A stretch of 64,000 bases of DNA from Acidobacteriaceae bacterium (lineage in GTDB: Bacteria > Acidobacteriota > Terriglobia > Terriglobales > Acidobacteriaceae): positions 1,272-65,271 of the forward strand of contig PLHQ01000088.1 in the NCBI GenBank assembly GCA_003138975.1, written 5' to 3'. A model generated the notes under the pieces. The model was not told the DNA's origin. It was given only the letters and a program-made list of their open reading frames with translations, and ran no database searches. Below, in pieces: positions 10,410 to 20,558 of the stretch. Both the position numbers and the translations under genes were made by a program. The stretch's first letter is position 1. Every line of letters starts with the position of its first letter.

Positions 10410-13010
10410 CTACGCCACCGCGCCCGCGGCCAGCGCCGCACCCAGCGCCACAACTTTGCCCGGCCCCTGCACCAGCGAAGTCGCCAGTGCATGCTCCGCG
10501 CGGTTGATCACTTCCGTCACAATGTCCACGGGATCGTAGCTCTCCCGCACCACAGCCTCGGCCAAGCCCGCCGAAAACTCCAATGACTGCCCTTTTCCGG
10601 ACTCATTCTTGCTGGGCAATCGCACTTCCGCGATCACCTTGCGCAGTTTTTCGATCGCCATCAGCGCTTCTTTCTCAGCCGTGTCGCCGAGAATGATCGC
10701 GATGGTCGTCGTGTCGTAGCGGAACGCCAAATCATTCGTCCGAATATTGGCCGCAAACTGTTGCCCAATTCTTTCCATCACATTCTCAATCGCTGCCTCA
10801 CCATATTCCTTGAGCAGCGCGGCGCTCCTGCCGAACTGCAACAGCAGCACGGAAAGCGGAGATGCGTTTTGCGCCGCACGCTTGCTCTCCGCCAGCAGCA
10901 AATCCAGATAAGAACTCCGCTTCAAAAGTCCGGATTTCTCGTCCGTCACCGAAAGGTTTTTCACCAGCCGCCGCAGACCGGCATTATTCAGCGCAATCAC
11001 CATCTGGTCGGCCAATGTCTTTAGCACTACCGCATCTGTCTGGGGCCACGCCCGCGGCTTGTTGTGCAACAGCGCCAACATTCCCACCGAATCCGCACCG
11101 TTGCTCAGTGGTAACGCCATTACCGCCGAAGCTCCCAGTTCCACCACCGCATTCCGCACCGCTGCCAACTCTGTCGCTTTCTGCGCGTCGGCAATGATCA
11201 CGGGTTCGCCCGAAGAAGACGACAGAGTCAAATCTTGCAGCGCGCACATCACCGCCTTGATGGCTCCGGCGCTTCCCACCTTCACGCCTTTGCCACAGAA
11301 CTCCTGCACCGCTGTTGGCGCCGAACCCGGCGTACGCATCGCGGCCACGCAACGTGATACTTCCCAGTGCCCACCAATTTCATTCACCGCCGTCGTCAAC
11401 ACCGCGGCCGCCGTCGCCTGGTGATACAGCTTGCGCGTAATCTCCGCCACGCGGGTTACGTTGCGCATCTCCGCCGCCGGATCTGCCGCCGGCGGCACAA
11501 CTCCAGCGACTGGCGCCGCAGGCGGAGCCGCCGCTACCGCCGGCAGCGGCGCAGAACCCGCATAGGTTGGCGTAACACCCGCCGCCAGATAAAGCCGCTG
11601 CAAATCTTCGTTGCGTTCTTCTTCGCGCGGAAACAGTTCCTGAATTCTCTGCAGCCGCTCCACGGCCTTATTACGCATTCCGTACTGCACCAGAATTTCC
11701 GCCTGCAGCATCAAATCCTGCAAAGTGGAGGCCCCGAGCGTGGCTTCTTGCTCCAGCGCTGGCTCTGTTGCCGTCTTACTTACCGAAGTAAATCGGGAAG
11801 AAATCGCATCGAACTTCTTCTCGTCAATCTTTCCCTTCAACATCTCCAGCCGTTTCGTGTGGCCGGCCTCATACGGATCCACTTCAGCCGCCCGGTCCAG
11901 ACATTCGGCCGCCTTGACGAAATCTCCCGTGCTGCAATACACATCGAAAAGCTTCAGCAGAGTCTGACAGTAATCGCCTTCGCGGTTTGACGCGTTGAAC
12001 AACTCGCTCAAGAACTCCAGCATTCCTGGGGACGCCCGCCGCGTGGCTGCGATCTCCTGCATTACCGCCACAAATTGCCGCCGTTCGCCACGCTTTGCCT
12101 GGAACTGTCCCAGCTTGCGCGCCAGCGATACTGCCGCATCATCCTGCTCCGCATCCACCAGCTGTCCTATCAATGCCGTCACTTGCGACATGCGGTTGGG
12201 AGTCTGTTCAAACAGTTGCCAGACCAGCGGCTCCGCGTCAGCGAAGCGTCCTGCCGCCAGCAGAGCCTCGGCATAAATGTCCCGCAAAATGGGTGAAGTC
12301 TTGCCTGCGTTCACCTGCGGCTCCAGAATAAAGATCGCAGCCCCTATCTGTCCCTGCCCCAGCAGGCTCTTGCCGTAAGCCAGTGCAATCTCCTCATCGG
12401 ACGAATCTTCCTGATAAGCGCGCTCATACCACTGCGCCGGATCCTCGCCGCTTGAAGCCGTGAGTTGCGCTATTTGCTTGAACGCTTCGGCTGCCGCCTT
12501 GCTCTCTCCCAGCTCTGACAACAGCTCCGCAATCCGCAGAAAATTTGCCTGAACCGGGTCCAGCGCCACCACGCGTCCCAGTATCTGCAACGCGTCCTTC
12601 TTCTTGTCTGGCAGCTTCGCCAAATCGCCCAACGCCGATTCGTACGTGCCCACTGCCAGCTTCTTGTTTGACCCTTCCAGGAGTTGTCCGAAGTGAAATT
12701 TCTGCTCCCACGTGGGAGTGCCATGCCGCGCCAGCTTTTTATAGGTCAGGCTGGCGCGAGTAGCGTCTCCAGCATTCACCTGGCGCTCGAATAATTCGCC
12801 GAGCAGCCGCACCGCATCGCGCCCCCGGTTCTGCGACAGACACAAGTCTGCCGAAAGTTCGCGCACCTTATCGTTTTCCGGGTCATCCCGCAGGACCAGC
12901 AGATATTCTTCGAGTGCCTCGGCAGCTTTGCCCTTCTGCAGAAGTTTTTCGGCACGCTCCACTCGCCGCGCTATCTCGGCTCGGTCGGGGCGTGTTGTGA
13001 TCTCAGGCAT
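10410..13010 (-). CDS. TPR-GAF-degenerate GGDEF protein (putative c-di-GMP effector)
   Basis: Long helical TPR region; GAF domain (VMALPL...VGML...LADQMVIAL); GGDEF fold starting TDEKSGL, with RTND-LAFR-YDTTT in place of RxxD...GGDEF. Confidence 0.8.
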   Translation of the reverse strand: MPEITTRPDRAEIARRVERAEKLLQKGKAAEALEEYLLVLRDDPENDKVRELSADLCLSQNRGRDAVRLLGELFERQVNAGDATRASLTYKKLARHGTPTWEQKFHFGQLLEGSNKKLAVGTYESALGDLAKLPDKKKDALQILGRVVALDPVQANFLRIAELLSELGESKAAAEAFKQIAQLTASSGEDPAQWYERAYQEDSSDEEIALAYGKSLLGQGQIGAAIFILEPQVNAGKTSPILRDIYAEALLAAGRFADAEPLVWQLFEQTPNRMSQVTALIGQLVDAEQDDAAVSLARKLGQFQAKRGERRQFVAVMQEIAATRRASPGMLEFLSELFNASNREGDYCQTLLKLFDVYCSTGDFVKAAECLDRAAEVDPYEAGHTKRLEMLKGKIDEKKFDAISSRFTSVSKTATEPALEQEATLGASTLQDLMLQAEILVQYGMRNKAVERLQRIQELFPREEERNEDLQRLYLAAGVTPTYAGSAPLPAVAAAPPAAPVAGVVPPAADPAAEMRNVTRVAEITRKLYHQATAAAVLTTAVNEIGGHWEVSRCVAAMRTPGSAPTAVQEFCGKGVKVGSAGAIKAVMCALQDLTLSSSSGEPVIIADAQKATELAAVRNAVVELGASAVMALPLSNGADSVGMLALLHNKPRAWPQTDAVVLKTLADQMVIALNNAGLRRLVKNLSVTDEKSGLLKRSSYLDLLLAESKRAAQNASPLSVLLLQFGRSAALLKEYGEAAIENVMERIGQQFAANIRTNDLAFRYDTTTIAIILGDTAEKEALMAIEKLRKVIAEVRLPSKNESGKGQSLEFSAGLAEAVVRESYDPVDIVTEVINRAEHALATSLVQGPGKVVALGAALAAGAVA

Positions 13011-13154
13011 GGGTTGGGTTGGGCAGACTACGCTGCTTCGATTCTAGGAGCCACCCCCGGTGCCAGCAATCCGCAAGGGTCCGCTATCGATTACGAAAGT
13101 CACCCGGCAGCGCGCACACTTGGGGGAAGTGATCGCGATTTGTTATCGTGCCCC

Positions 13155-14525
13155 ATGCCTTTCGTCGAATCTCAGCAGGAGGCGACCCAGGAACAAGTTC
13201 ACGAAGAAGGTCTCCACCATCAACTTACCGTCGGTCAAATGACCATGGTTGCGGTCGGTGGCTCCATCGGAACCGGACTTCTCCTCGGCTCGGCTGCGGC
13301 TCTGGAAATCGCCGGGCCCAGCGTGATTCTCAGTTACGTCGTCGCCACCTTTATCGCTTACACCGTTGCCATGGCTCTGGGAGAGCTGGCCAGCGTGCAC
13401 CCTGCCGCCGGATCATTCGGCGTCTACGGCGAGCTCTATCTGAATCAATATCTGGGATTCCTCTGCCGCGCCGCATATTGGGCCTCCATCGCTTTCTCCA
13501 TCGGCGCGGAACTCGTCGCCTCCGCCACCTACATGACGTACTGGCTCCCAGCCCTTCCCGGAGAAATTTGGGTTGTCGTTTTTTCCGCCCTGCTACTGCT
13601 GGTCAACCTTCGCAGCGTAGGTTCCTTTGGACGCTTCGAGTTTTGGTTCTCCATGATCAAGTTCGCCACCATCGTTGCCTTCATCCTGGCCGGCGCAGCG
13701 CTGCTCCTCAGCGGCCGCGTAGCACAGCAATACACTGCTCACGGTGGATTTCTGCCCAAAGGTCCAATCGCGCCTTTGCTGGCGGTTTTCTGGGCCATCT
13801 ACGCCTTCGGTGGCGTCGAGATGCTCGCCGTCACCACCGGCGAATCCCGTTCGGCTAAAGACATTCCCCGCGCCGCTCGCCTCACTTTTTTTCTGCTCGC
13901 CGGCCTCTACCTCGGCGCCATCATTATTCTGGTCGGAGTGATGCCCTGGAATCACGCGGGCGTTTCCGAAAGTCCGTTCGTCAGCGTGCTCCGGCTTGCC
14001 AAGGTTCCAGCCGCGGCCTTCTTCATGAATTTCGTCGTCCTCACCGCCGCACTTTCCGGAGCCAATGCCAAACTTTACGTCGCCTCCCGCCTGCTGTTTT
14101 CCATGGGCCGCACTGGATGGGCTCCCGTAAGTGTCGGCAAACTCAACGCCTCAGGATCCCCGCGTCTCGCCTTACTCGTTTCTTCGTACGGAATCGTGAC
14201 CGCACTCATCATCGAAAACTGGGCCCCGAAACAAGCGTTCCTCTACATCATGGGAGCCGCATTCTCCGGCCTGATTCTCTCCTGGGTCGTTTCTCTGGCA
14301 GCTCATGTCAGCTTCCGCTGGCGCCTCACTCCCGAACAAGTCGCTGCCCTACCCATACGGTCTCCCTTCGGCCTGTGGGGTTCGATACTCGGCTTCGTCC
14401 TGGTCTCCGCCGCCGTCCTCCAGACTCTTCTCTGCTCTCGAATAAACGAAGTCGGCGGCCTCGTTTTCTTCGTAGTACTAACCGTCGCCTACATTTTCCT
14501 GAAAAGTAATCGCCGGACAATGTAG
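13155..14525 (+). CDS. APC-superfamily amino acid permease
   Basis: VGGSIGTGLLLGS, EFWFSMIK, about 12 TM helices. Confidence 0.92.
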   Translation: MPFVESQQEATQEQVHEEGLHHQLTVGQMTMVAVGGSIGTGLLLGSAAALEIAGPSVILSYVVATFIAYTVAMALGELASVHPAAGSFGVYGELYLNQYLGFLCRAAYWASIAFSIGAELVASATYMTYWLPALPGEIWVVVFSALLLLVNLRSVGSFGRFEFWFSMIKFATIVAFILAGAALLLSGRVAQQYTAHGGFLPKGPIAPLLAVFWAIYAFGGVEMLAVTTGESRSAKDIPRAARLTFFLLAGLYLGAIIILVGVMPWNHAGVSESPFVSVLRLAKVPAAAFFMNFVVLTAALSGANAKLYVASRLLFSMGRTGWAPVSVGKLNASGSPRLALLVSSYGIVTALIIENWAPKQAFLYIMGAAFSGLILSWVVSLAAHVSFRWRLTPEQVAALPIRSPFGLWGSILGFVLVSAAVLQTLLCSRINEVGGLVFFVVLTVAYIFLKSNRRTM

Positions 14526-14635
14526 CGCCATTACCAACGTAAGCCCGCTCCTTCCTTTTCTGCTGCCAGCTCCGCGACCTCTCGGATAGCCTCGATAACG
14601 GGTGTGTCCTTCATCCCACCCAGCGGACCGAACCA

Positions 14636-15856
14636 TTGATTCTCTCTATCCTGTTACTTCATTCGTCCGATCCCATCCGCCCGACGGTCTGGTGCGCCAT
14701 CGGACTTTGCGCCGGCCTTTATCTTTTTTTCAATGGATTCCGCCTGCTGCAGCGCCGGCACCTCATCCTCGATACGCCGCTTTCTAAAATTCGCAGCGCA
14801 TCGATGGGAATGGTGGAGCTCAGCGGCCTCGCCGTGGGACCTTTTACAGTGATCGCGCCCATCACCGAACGCTCCTGCTACTACTTCCGCACCGTAGTCT
14901 GGGAATGGAAACGCCAGGGCCGAAGCAGCGAGTGGGTCAAGGTGGCCGCCGAGTGCATGCATGTCCCATTCTTTCTCGACGACAACACGGGCAAAGTCAT
15001 GGTTGACCCCCGCGGCGCCGAACTCGAGCTGCATCGCGACTTCCAACAGGAGTTCTGTGATTCATTTTTCACTACCAAACAAGAAGCACCACCCAATGTG
15101 CGGACTCTTCTCTTCCGCCACGGCGTCAACACCACCAACAAAATTAAAGTCGAAGAGTTCTGCATCAAGCCGAAGAACGCCCTCTTCCTGCTGGGAACGC
15201 TCGGCGAGAATCCCGGCCTCGAGCTCACTCCGCAGCCCATCCAGGACGACGAGCACAACACCCTTACTTTCGGCAAGTCGCTCTGGTTCAACCCAGCACA
15301 ATCAGGCTTAGGGCAAACGCTACTTTCGTTCGCAGCGGGATCCGGCGACGCGCCGTTCGAGCAGCGATCTGTCAGCGAGCTCCTGATCGGCGGTGGTTCC
15401 TTTCACAAACCAGACGTTCTCGAGTCAAACCTCAAACAGTCAGCTTTGCACGACTCAACGCTCTCCGCTTCCGCACAAAAAATCCAACCTCCGCCAGATC
15501 CCCCTCCAACGAAAACGATCGACGCGGCGCAGCAGCAGAAAATCGCTGACGCCCTGATGAAAGCGGGCATTTCAAATCCAGCCGCGTGGGCCGCCGCCGG
15601 AATTACAGGGCCAAGTCCCGCAGTCGAAGTGACCGGCGCGTCAAGCGGAGGAACTGCTCCAACCGACGGATTCGACACGCATCCGCCCGTCGTTCTAATG
15701 AAGGGAAAGAACAGTCCAATCTTCCTAATCTCCTGGCGGAGCCAGCGCGAGATAGGCCGCTCGCTCGGCTGGAAATGCGCGCTCATGATCTGGGGCGGTC
15801 CCGTACTCGCCCTGATCTGCCTCTACGGCCTGCTTACCCTCACGCATCTCATCTAG
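14636..15856 (+). CDS. GIDE-domain membrane protein
   Basis: N- and C-terminal TM helices; DTPLSKIRSASMGMVELSG...VPFFLDDNTGKVMVDPRGAEL. Confidence 0.7.
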   Translation: MILSILLLHSSDPIRPTVWCAIGLCAGLYLFFNGFRLLQRRHLILDTPLSKIRSASMGMVELSGLAVGPFTVIAPITERSCYYFRTVVWEWKRQGRSSEWVKVAAECMHVPFFLDDNTGKVMVDPRGAELELHRDFQQEFCDSFFTTKQEAPPNVRTLLFRHGVNTTNKIKVEEFCIKPKNALFLLGTLGENPGLELTPQPIQDDEHNTLTFGKSLWFNPAQSGLGQTLLSFAAGSGDAPFEQRSVSELLIGGGSFHKPDVLESNLKQSALHDSTLSASAQKIQPPPDPPPTKTIDAAQQQKIADALMKAGISNPAAWAAAGITGPSPAVEVTGASSGGTAPTDGFDTHPPVVLMKGKNSPIFLISWRSQREIGRSLGWKCALMIWGGPVLALICLYGLLTLTHLI

Positions 15857-15899
15857 ACCGTGTGGAAGAAACATACTCTTCGTCTAGTACAATGCTGGC

Positions 15900-16676
15900 G
15901 TGAGTAATGCCGTTCGCATCGGAATCCTCGGCGACTTCAACCCCGAATTCCGTTCCCACCACGCCACGCCGGACTCCCTGCAGCATGCTGCCCGTAAACT
16001 GGATTTCAAAGTCGACTCGGAATGGATCCCCACACCATCACTGGCCAGCCCGGGCTCGGAAAAGATTCTCGAGAGTTTCGACGGCTTGTGGGCTACGCCC
16101 GGCAGTCCCTACAAAAGTTTTGCCGGCATGCTCAAGGGCATCGAGTTCGCCCGCCGCCGCGACTGGCCTTTCCTTGGCACCTGCGGAGGCTTTCAGTACG
16201 CCCTGATCGAATTCGCCCGCAACGTCCTCGGCATCGCCGACGCCGACAGCGCAGAAAATAATTCCGGATCGAAGAACATCGTCATCTATCCCGTTGCCTG
16301 CGCCGTGCCCAATCGAAAAGGGGGCGCTCCGAAACTATCCGGCGTGATGCCCGAGATCCGTCTCCGCCCCGGCTCCTACCTGCAATCCTTTTACGGAAAA
16401 GACAAAGAAATTGTCAGCGAAGAGTTTTTCTGCAACTTCGAAGTCAACCCCGAGTACGAATGGGCCACCATGGAGGCCGGCTTCCCCGTTGTCGCCCGCG
16501 GCGCGCAGGGCGAAATCCGCGCCATCGAGTCCCCCACACACCGCTTCTTCATCGCCACACTGTTCCAGCCGCAGCTATCGTCCACCGAAAAAAATCCGCA
16601 TCCCGTGATCCTGGCCTTCGTGCAAGCCGCCGCCGATTGGGGACGCAAGAAACTCGACGACAGCGTACTGGAGTAA
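15900..16676 (+). CDS. Stand-alone CTP synthase glutaminase-like domain protein
   Basis: PFLGTCGGFQ, HRFFIATLFQPQ; no synthetase domain. Confidence 0.8.
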   Translation: MSNAVRIGILGDFNPEFRSHHATPDSLQHAARKLDFKVDSEWIPTPSLASPGSEKILESFDGLWATPGSPYKSFAGMLKGIEFARRRDWPFLGTCGGFQYALIEFARNVLGIADADSAENNSGSKNIVIYPVACAVPNRKGGAPKLSGVMPEIRLRPGSYLQSFYGKDKEIVSEEFFCNFEVNPEYEWATMEAGFPVVARGAQGEIRAIESPTHRFFIATLFQPQLSSTEKNPHPVILAFVQAAADWGRKKLDDSVLE

Positions 16677-16762
16677 ACCTCCCACGAAAATTACAAAAGA
16701 TTAATCTTCCGCCGCATCCTACGACTAAAGTTTTCCCGCGCGTCGCCGATTTATGTCTTCAT

Positions 16763-16927
16763 ATGGTGAACCCAATTAGCAGCAGCCACGTCAGCCAAGC
16801 CAATGAAGCAACGAAACCGGCAGCGCCCAAGCCTCAGCAAACCCAGCCGAAGAGCAGTCCGCTACCCTCGGACACTGTCACGCTAAAGAGCACGGCCGGC
16901 GTCGATCATGACGGCGACAGTCATTAG
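16763..16927 (+). CDS. Small 54-aa protein
   Basis: MVNPISS...PSDTVTLKSTAGVDHDGDSH; fills the intergenic gap and is followed by a hairpin at ~16975-17003. Confidence 0.55.
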   Translation: MVNPISSSHVSQANEATKPAAPKPQQTQPKSSPLPSDTVTLKSTAGVDHDGDSH

Positions 16928-17059
16928 ACCGACACCAACCTCGGCCTCCCGAACGCGTTGCACCACGCCAAGATGGAGAGACGGGCACATCGCCCGTCCT
17001 CCATTCTGGTTTGCCGGACCTCTGCTCACCTAGCCGGTCTGACTCACCCCTCTAGCGAC

Positions 17060-17509
17060 TCAGCTCGGCAGTAGTTCGAACACAGGATAGTTCGCAGTCA
17101 ACTCGACGAAGGTCTCGACAGGCGCACCGGCGGCCACAGAAAAATAGCGTTGCACTTCGCGCCGGAAGGCATCGAGGTAAGCCTTCAAAATCTCTGGCTT
17201 CTCTCGTTCGGCAACCAGCCGCAGATGAAATCTCTCTCGCGTTCTTCCCCTCTTCAGCGTCACCTCACCGGCAGCCTCGGCGTTGCGAACCCACTGCGTG
17301 CGCCCTCGCGGCGCCACCAGGAACCGCTTGCCCTGCCGCTCCAGCAGGTTGATCGGGGTTGAATAGAGCTTTCCGCTCTTGCGTCCGCGAACTTCCAGCA
17401 GATAGGTGTAAGAAAAACCCAGCCCGATCCCCACCAGAAATCCGAAAATGCGGTTAAAGACCTTCTCCGCACGACTCGGCTCACGAAATACCGACCAGTT
17501 TGAATTCAT
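17060..17509 (-). CDS. Deazaflavin-dependent nitroreductase (Ddn/FDOR-A)-like protein
   Basis: LEVRGRKSGK...TP, WVRNAEAAG, YPVFEL. Confidence 0.8.
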   Translation of the reverse strand: MNSNWSVFREPSRAEKVFNRIFGFLVGIGLGFSYTYLLEVRGRKSGKLYSTPINLLERQGKRFLVAPRGRTQWVRNAEAAGEVTLKRGRTRERFHLRLVAEREKPEILKAYLDAFRREVQRYFSVAAGAPVETFVELTANYPVFELLPS

Positions 17510-17530
17510 GCACCCCAGTGTACGCTGCCC

Positions 17531-18127
17531 CTACACGGCTTTCGCGAATCGCAGGGACGCGGAATTCATGCAATAGCGCAGCCCTGTCGGCTTCGGACCA
17601 TCGTCGAACACGTGGCCCAGATGCGCGTCACACTCGGTGCACGAAACCGCCGTGCGCTGCATGCCAATGCTGTTGTCGGAAATCTCGCGTACATTTTCTC
17701 TCGCGATCGGTTCCCAGAAACTCGGCCAGCCGGTTCCGGAATCGAACTTCGTTGACGAACTGAACAGTGCGTTGTCGCAGCAGATACAGCGGAAAATCCC
17801 CTTGTCGTGCAGATCCCAATACTTCCCGCTATATGCGAGCTCGGTATCAGCGTGCCGCGCAATCTCAAATACTCCCGACGGCAGCTGCTTTCTCCACTCA
17901 TCTTCCGACTTCACAACTCGCGCGATCTTCACCCTTGCCAGCCGCTTCCCCGCATCGGAGAACTGGACAATCGTCACTTCCGCCGGCTCCGTCTTCCCAG
18001 CTTCCGCAATCACATGCGGCCTCCGTAACGAAAATAAGGCCGCGCCTCCCAGCGCCGCGCCCACGCCGGACAAAAACAATCGCCGCCCTAGATTGACTTC
18101 GCCTTCACCACGATCGGATTCGAACAT
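17531..18127 (-). CDS. msrB: Methionine-R-sulfoxide reductase with Tat signal
   Basis: RRLFL twin-arginine motif; KFDSGTGWPSF, HLGHVFDDGP, RYCMNS. Confidence 0.95.
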   Translation of the reverse strand: MFESDRGEGEVNLGRRLFLSGVGAALGGAALFSLRRPHVIAEAGKTEPAEVTIVQFSDAGKRLARVKIARVVKSEDEWRKQLPSGVFEIARHADTELAYSGKYWDLHDKGIFRCICCDNALFSSSTKFDSGTGWPSFWEPIARENVREISDNSIGMQRTAVSCTECDAHLGHVFDDGPKPTGLRYCMNSASLRFAKAV

Positions 18128-18143
18128 AGCTCCTCCGCAAAAT

Positions 18144-18252
18144 TGTCATCCTGAGCGAGACGCTTTTTGTCTCGCGAAGGGTCTGGGCGCGCCGCGCGAA
18201 TCGCCCACGTTCTTTGCGGGAGAACAACTCGCGCGTTCGGCGCGCTTCCTTA
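18144..18252. repeat. ~108-bp structured intergenic element, copy A
   Basis: tgtcatcctgagc...cgcttcctta aligns end to end with 58534-58639. Confidence 0.8.
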
Positions 18253-18269
18253 CTTGCCGTTATGCTTCC

Positions 18270-18938
18270 CTACTTCCCGCTATAAAGCTCAGGAAACTCC
18301 CGCCTCAAATTCGCCACCTTGGGTGCATCGTTATACACAATGTAAGGATTATCCGGATGCAGTGTCGCATAGTTCTGGTGATAAGCTTCCGCCGGATAAA
18401 ACGCCTTCAGCGGCTCCACCTGTGTTGCAATCGCTTTCCGAAAAACTTTCGCCTGGTTGAGCTGCGCAATGTAAACCTCGGCAATGTGCTTCTGCTCATC
18501 GTTGCCATAAAAAATCACCGACCGGTATTGCGTCCCTTCATCCGGCCCCTGCCGGTTCACTTCTGTCGGATCGAGCGCCACCGAGAAAAACACCCGCAGC
18601 AACTCTCCATAGGTAACCTTCGACGGATCGTAAACAATCTGCACGGACTCCGCATGCCCGGTCTCGCCGCTACTCACCGCCTCATAATCAGGACTCTTCA
18701 CCGAACCGCCCGAGTATCCCGAAGTCGCACTAACCACGCCCTTCACATGCTGGAATACCGCCTGGATTCCCCAGAAGCAGCCGCCCGCCACCACCGCGGT
18801 TTCTTTGCCCGGAGCCGTCGCCCTCACTTCATCCGCCACCGGACCCGGAACCGCCGCTCCACTTCCCGCCCGGCAAGCCACCGCGCCCGCCAGCACCGTC
18901 AACACCATCGCAACCATCCGCACCGAAGCTCTCGACAT
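18270..18938 (-). CDS. msrA: Exported methionine-S-sulfoxide reductase
   Basis: Signal peptide or possible lipobox (AVAC); GCFWG, TGHAE, FYPAEAYHQ. Confidence 0.95.
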   Translation of the reverse strand: MSRASVRMVAMVLTVLAGAVACRAGSGAAVPGPVADEVRATAPGKETAVVAGGCFWGIQAVFQHVKGVVSATSGYSGGSVKSPDYEAVSSGETGHAESVQIVYDPSKVTYGELLRVFFSVALDPTEVNRQGPDEGTQYRSVIFYGNDEQKHIAEVYIAQLNQAKVFRKAIATQVEPLKAFYPAEAYHQNYATLHPDNPYIVYNDAPKVANLRREFPELYSGK

Positions 18939-19214
18939 AAATCCTCCCGGCGTCACACGCCGCTACCTTCCCTCATTAGAGTTACGAGTCTGGGAGAAGT
19001 TTCGGATGGCAGCTCGTGCCAGGACCAAAACGGGTCTGTGGATTTCTGCTAGCGAAAATACTTCGAGTCCGTCTCGGGGAGAGCTAACAGGGCGAGCGAA
19101 AAATACCTTCGACTGAATGGCCCTTGAATGGCCGGGGTCCCCCGGTGAATGGCATCCCCCTCCTCCCTCTCTCCTGAAAGTCTCGCTGGGCGCGGGGTTC
19201 ACAAAAAGTGTCTG

Positions 19215-19274
19215 CAAAATATAGAGGGCAAATGACTTAGAGGTCAAAATCCAGACAACAAAGGAGTTAGGGCC
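19215..19274. repeat. 30-bp-period imperfect tandem repeat
   Basis: caaaat at 19215 and 19245; aatgacttag at 19231 and aaggagttag at 19261. Confidence 0.6.
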
Positions 19275-19341
19275 GTTGTTGTCGGATTTAGCTATACTGC
19301 CTTCGCCTTGACCATGATGGGCTGATTTGTTGCCGTGAAAT

Positions 19342-19380
19342 CCCACGTTTCGCAAAGAACGCGAAACATGGGGTACCCGG
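19342..19380. repeat. REP-like hairpin
   Basis: cccacgtttcgc-aaagaac-gcgaaacatgggg. Confidence 0.65.
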
Positions 19381-19518
19381 CTGTCGCCATCCGTGGTGGC
19401 CTTCGGAGAATCTGGCAAGAACTTCATCGGAATAGGCAAGAGGCCCAAGCTTCGGGACGCTATGCTTTGGCTTGCGGTGCCGTTGAGGCAGTCAGAATTT
19501 CGCAGCGCAGGAGAATGA

Positions 19519-20520
<1,002 letters not shown>

Positions 20521-20558
20521 GCAGCACGAATGTTTGCAAAAGAGGTATTCTCGAACGC

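Noticed and set aside
17637..19052. 471-aa plus-strand ORF and other long antisense ORFs (e.g. 19576-20727, 24171-25166, 31879-32820, 54981-55916)
   Set aside because: Shadow frames of well-supported genes in GC-rich DNA, with no recognisable motifs
19215..19274. Possible CRISPR mini-array
   Set aside because: Only two degenerate tandem units, no unique spacers and no cas genes
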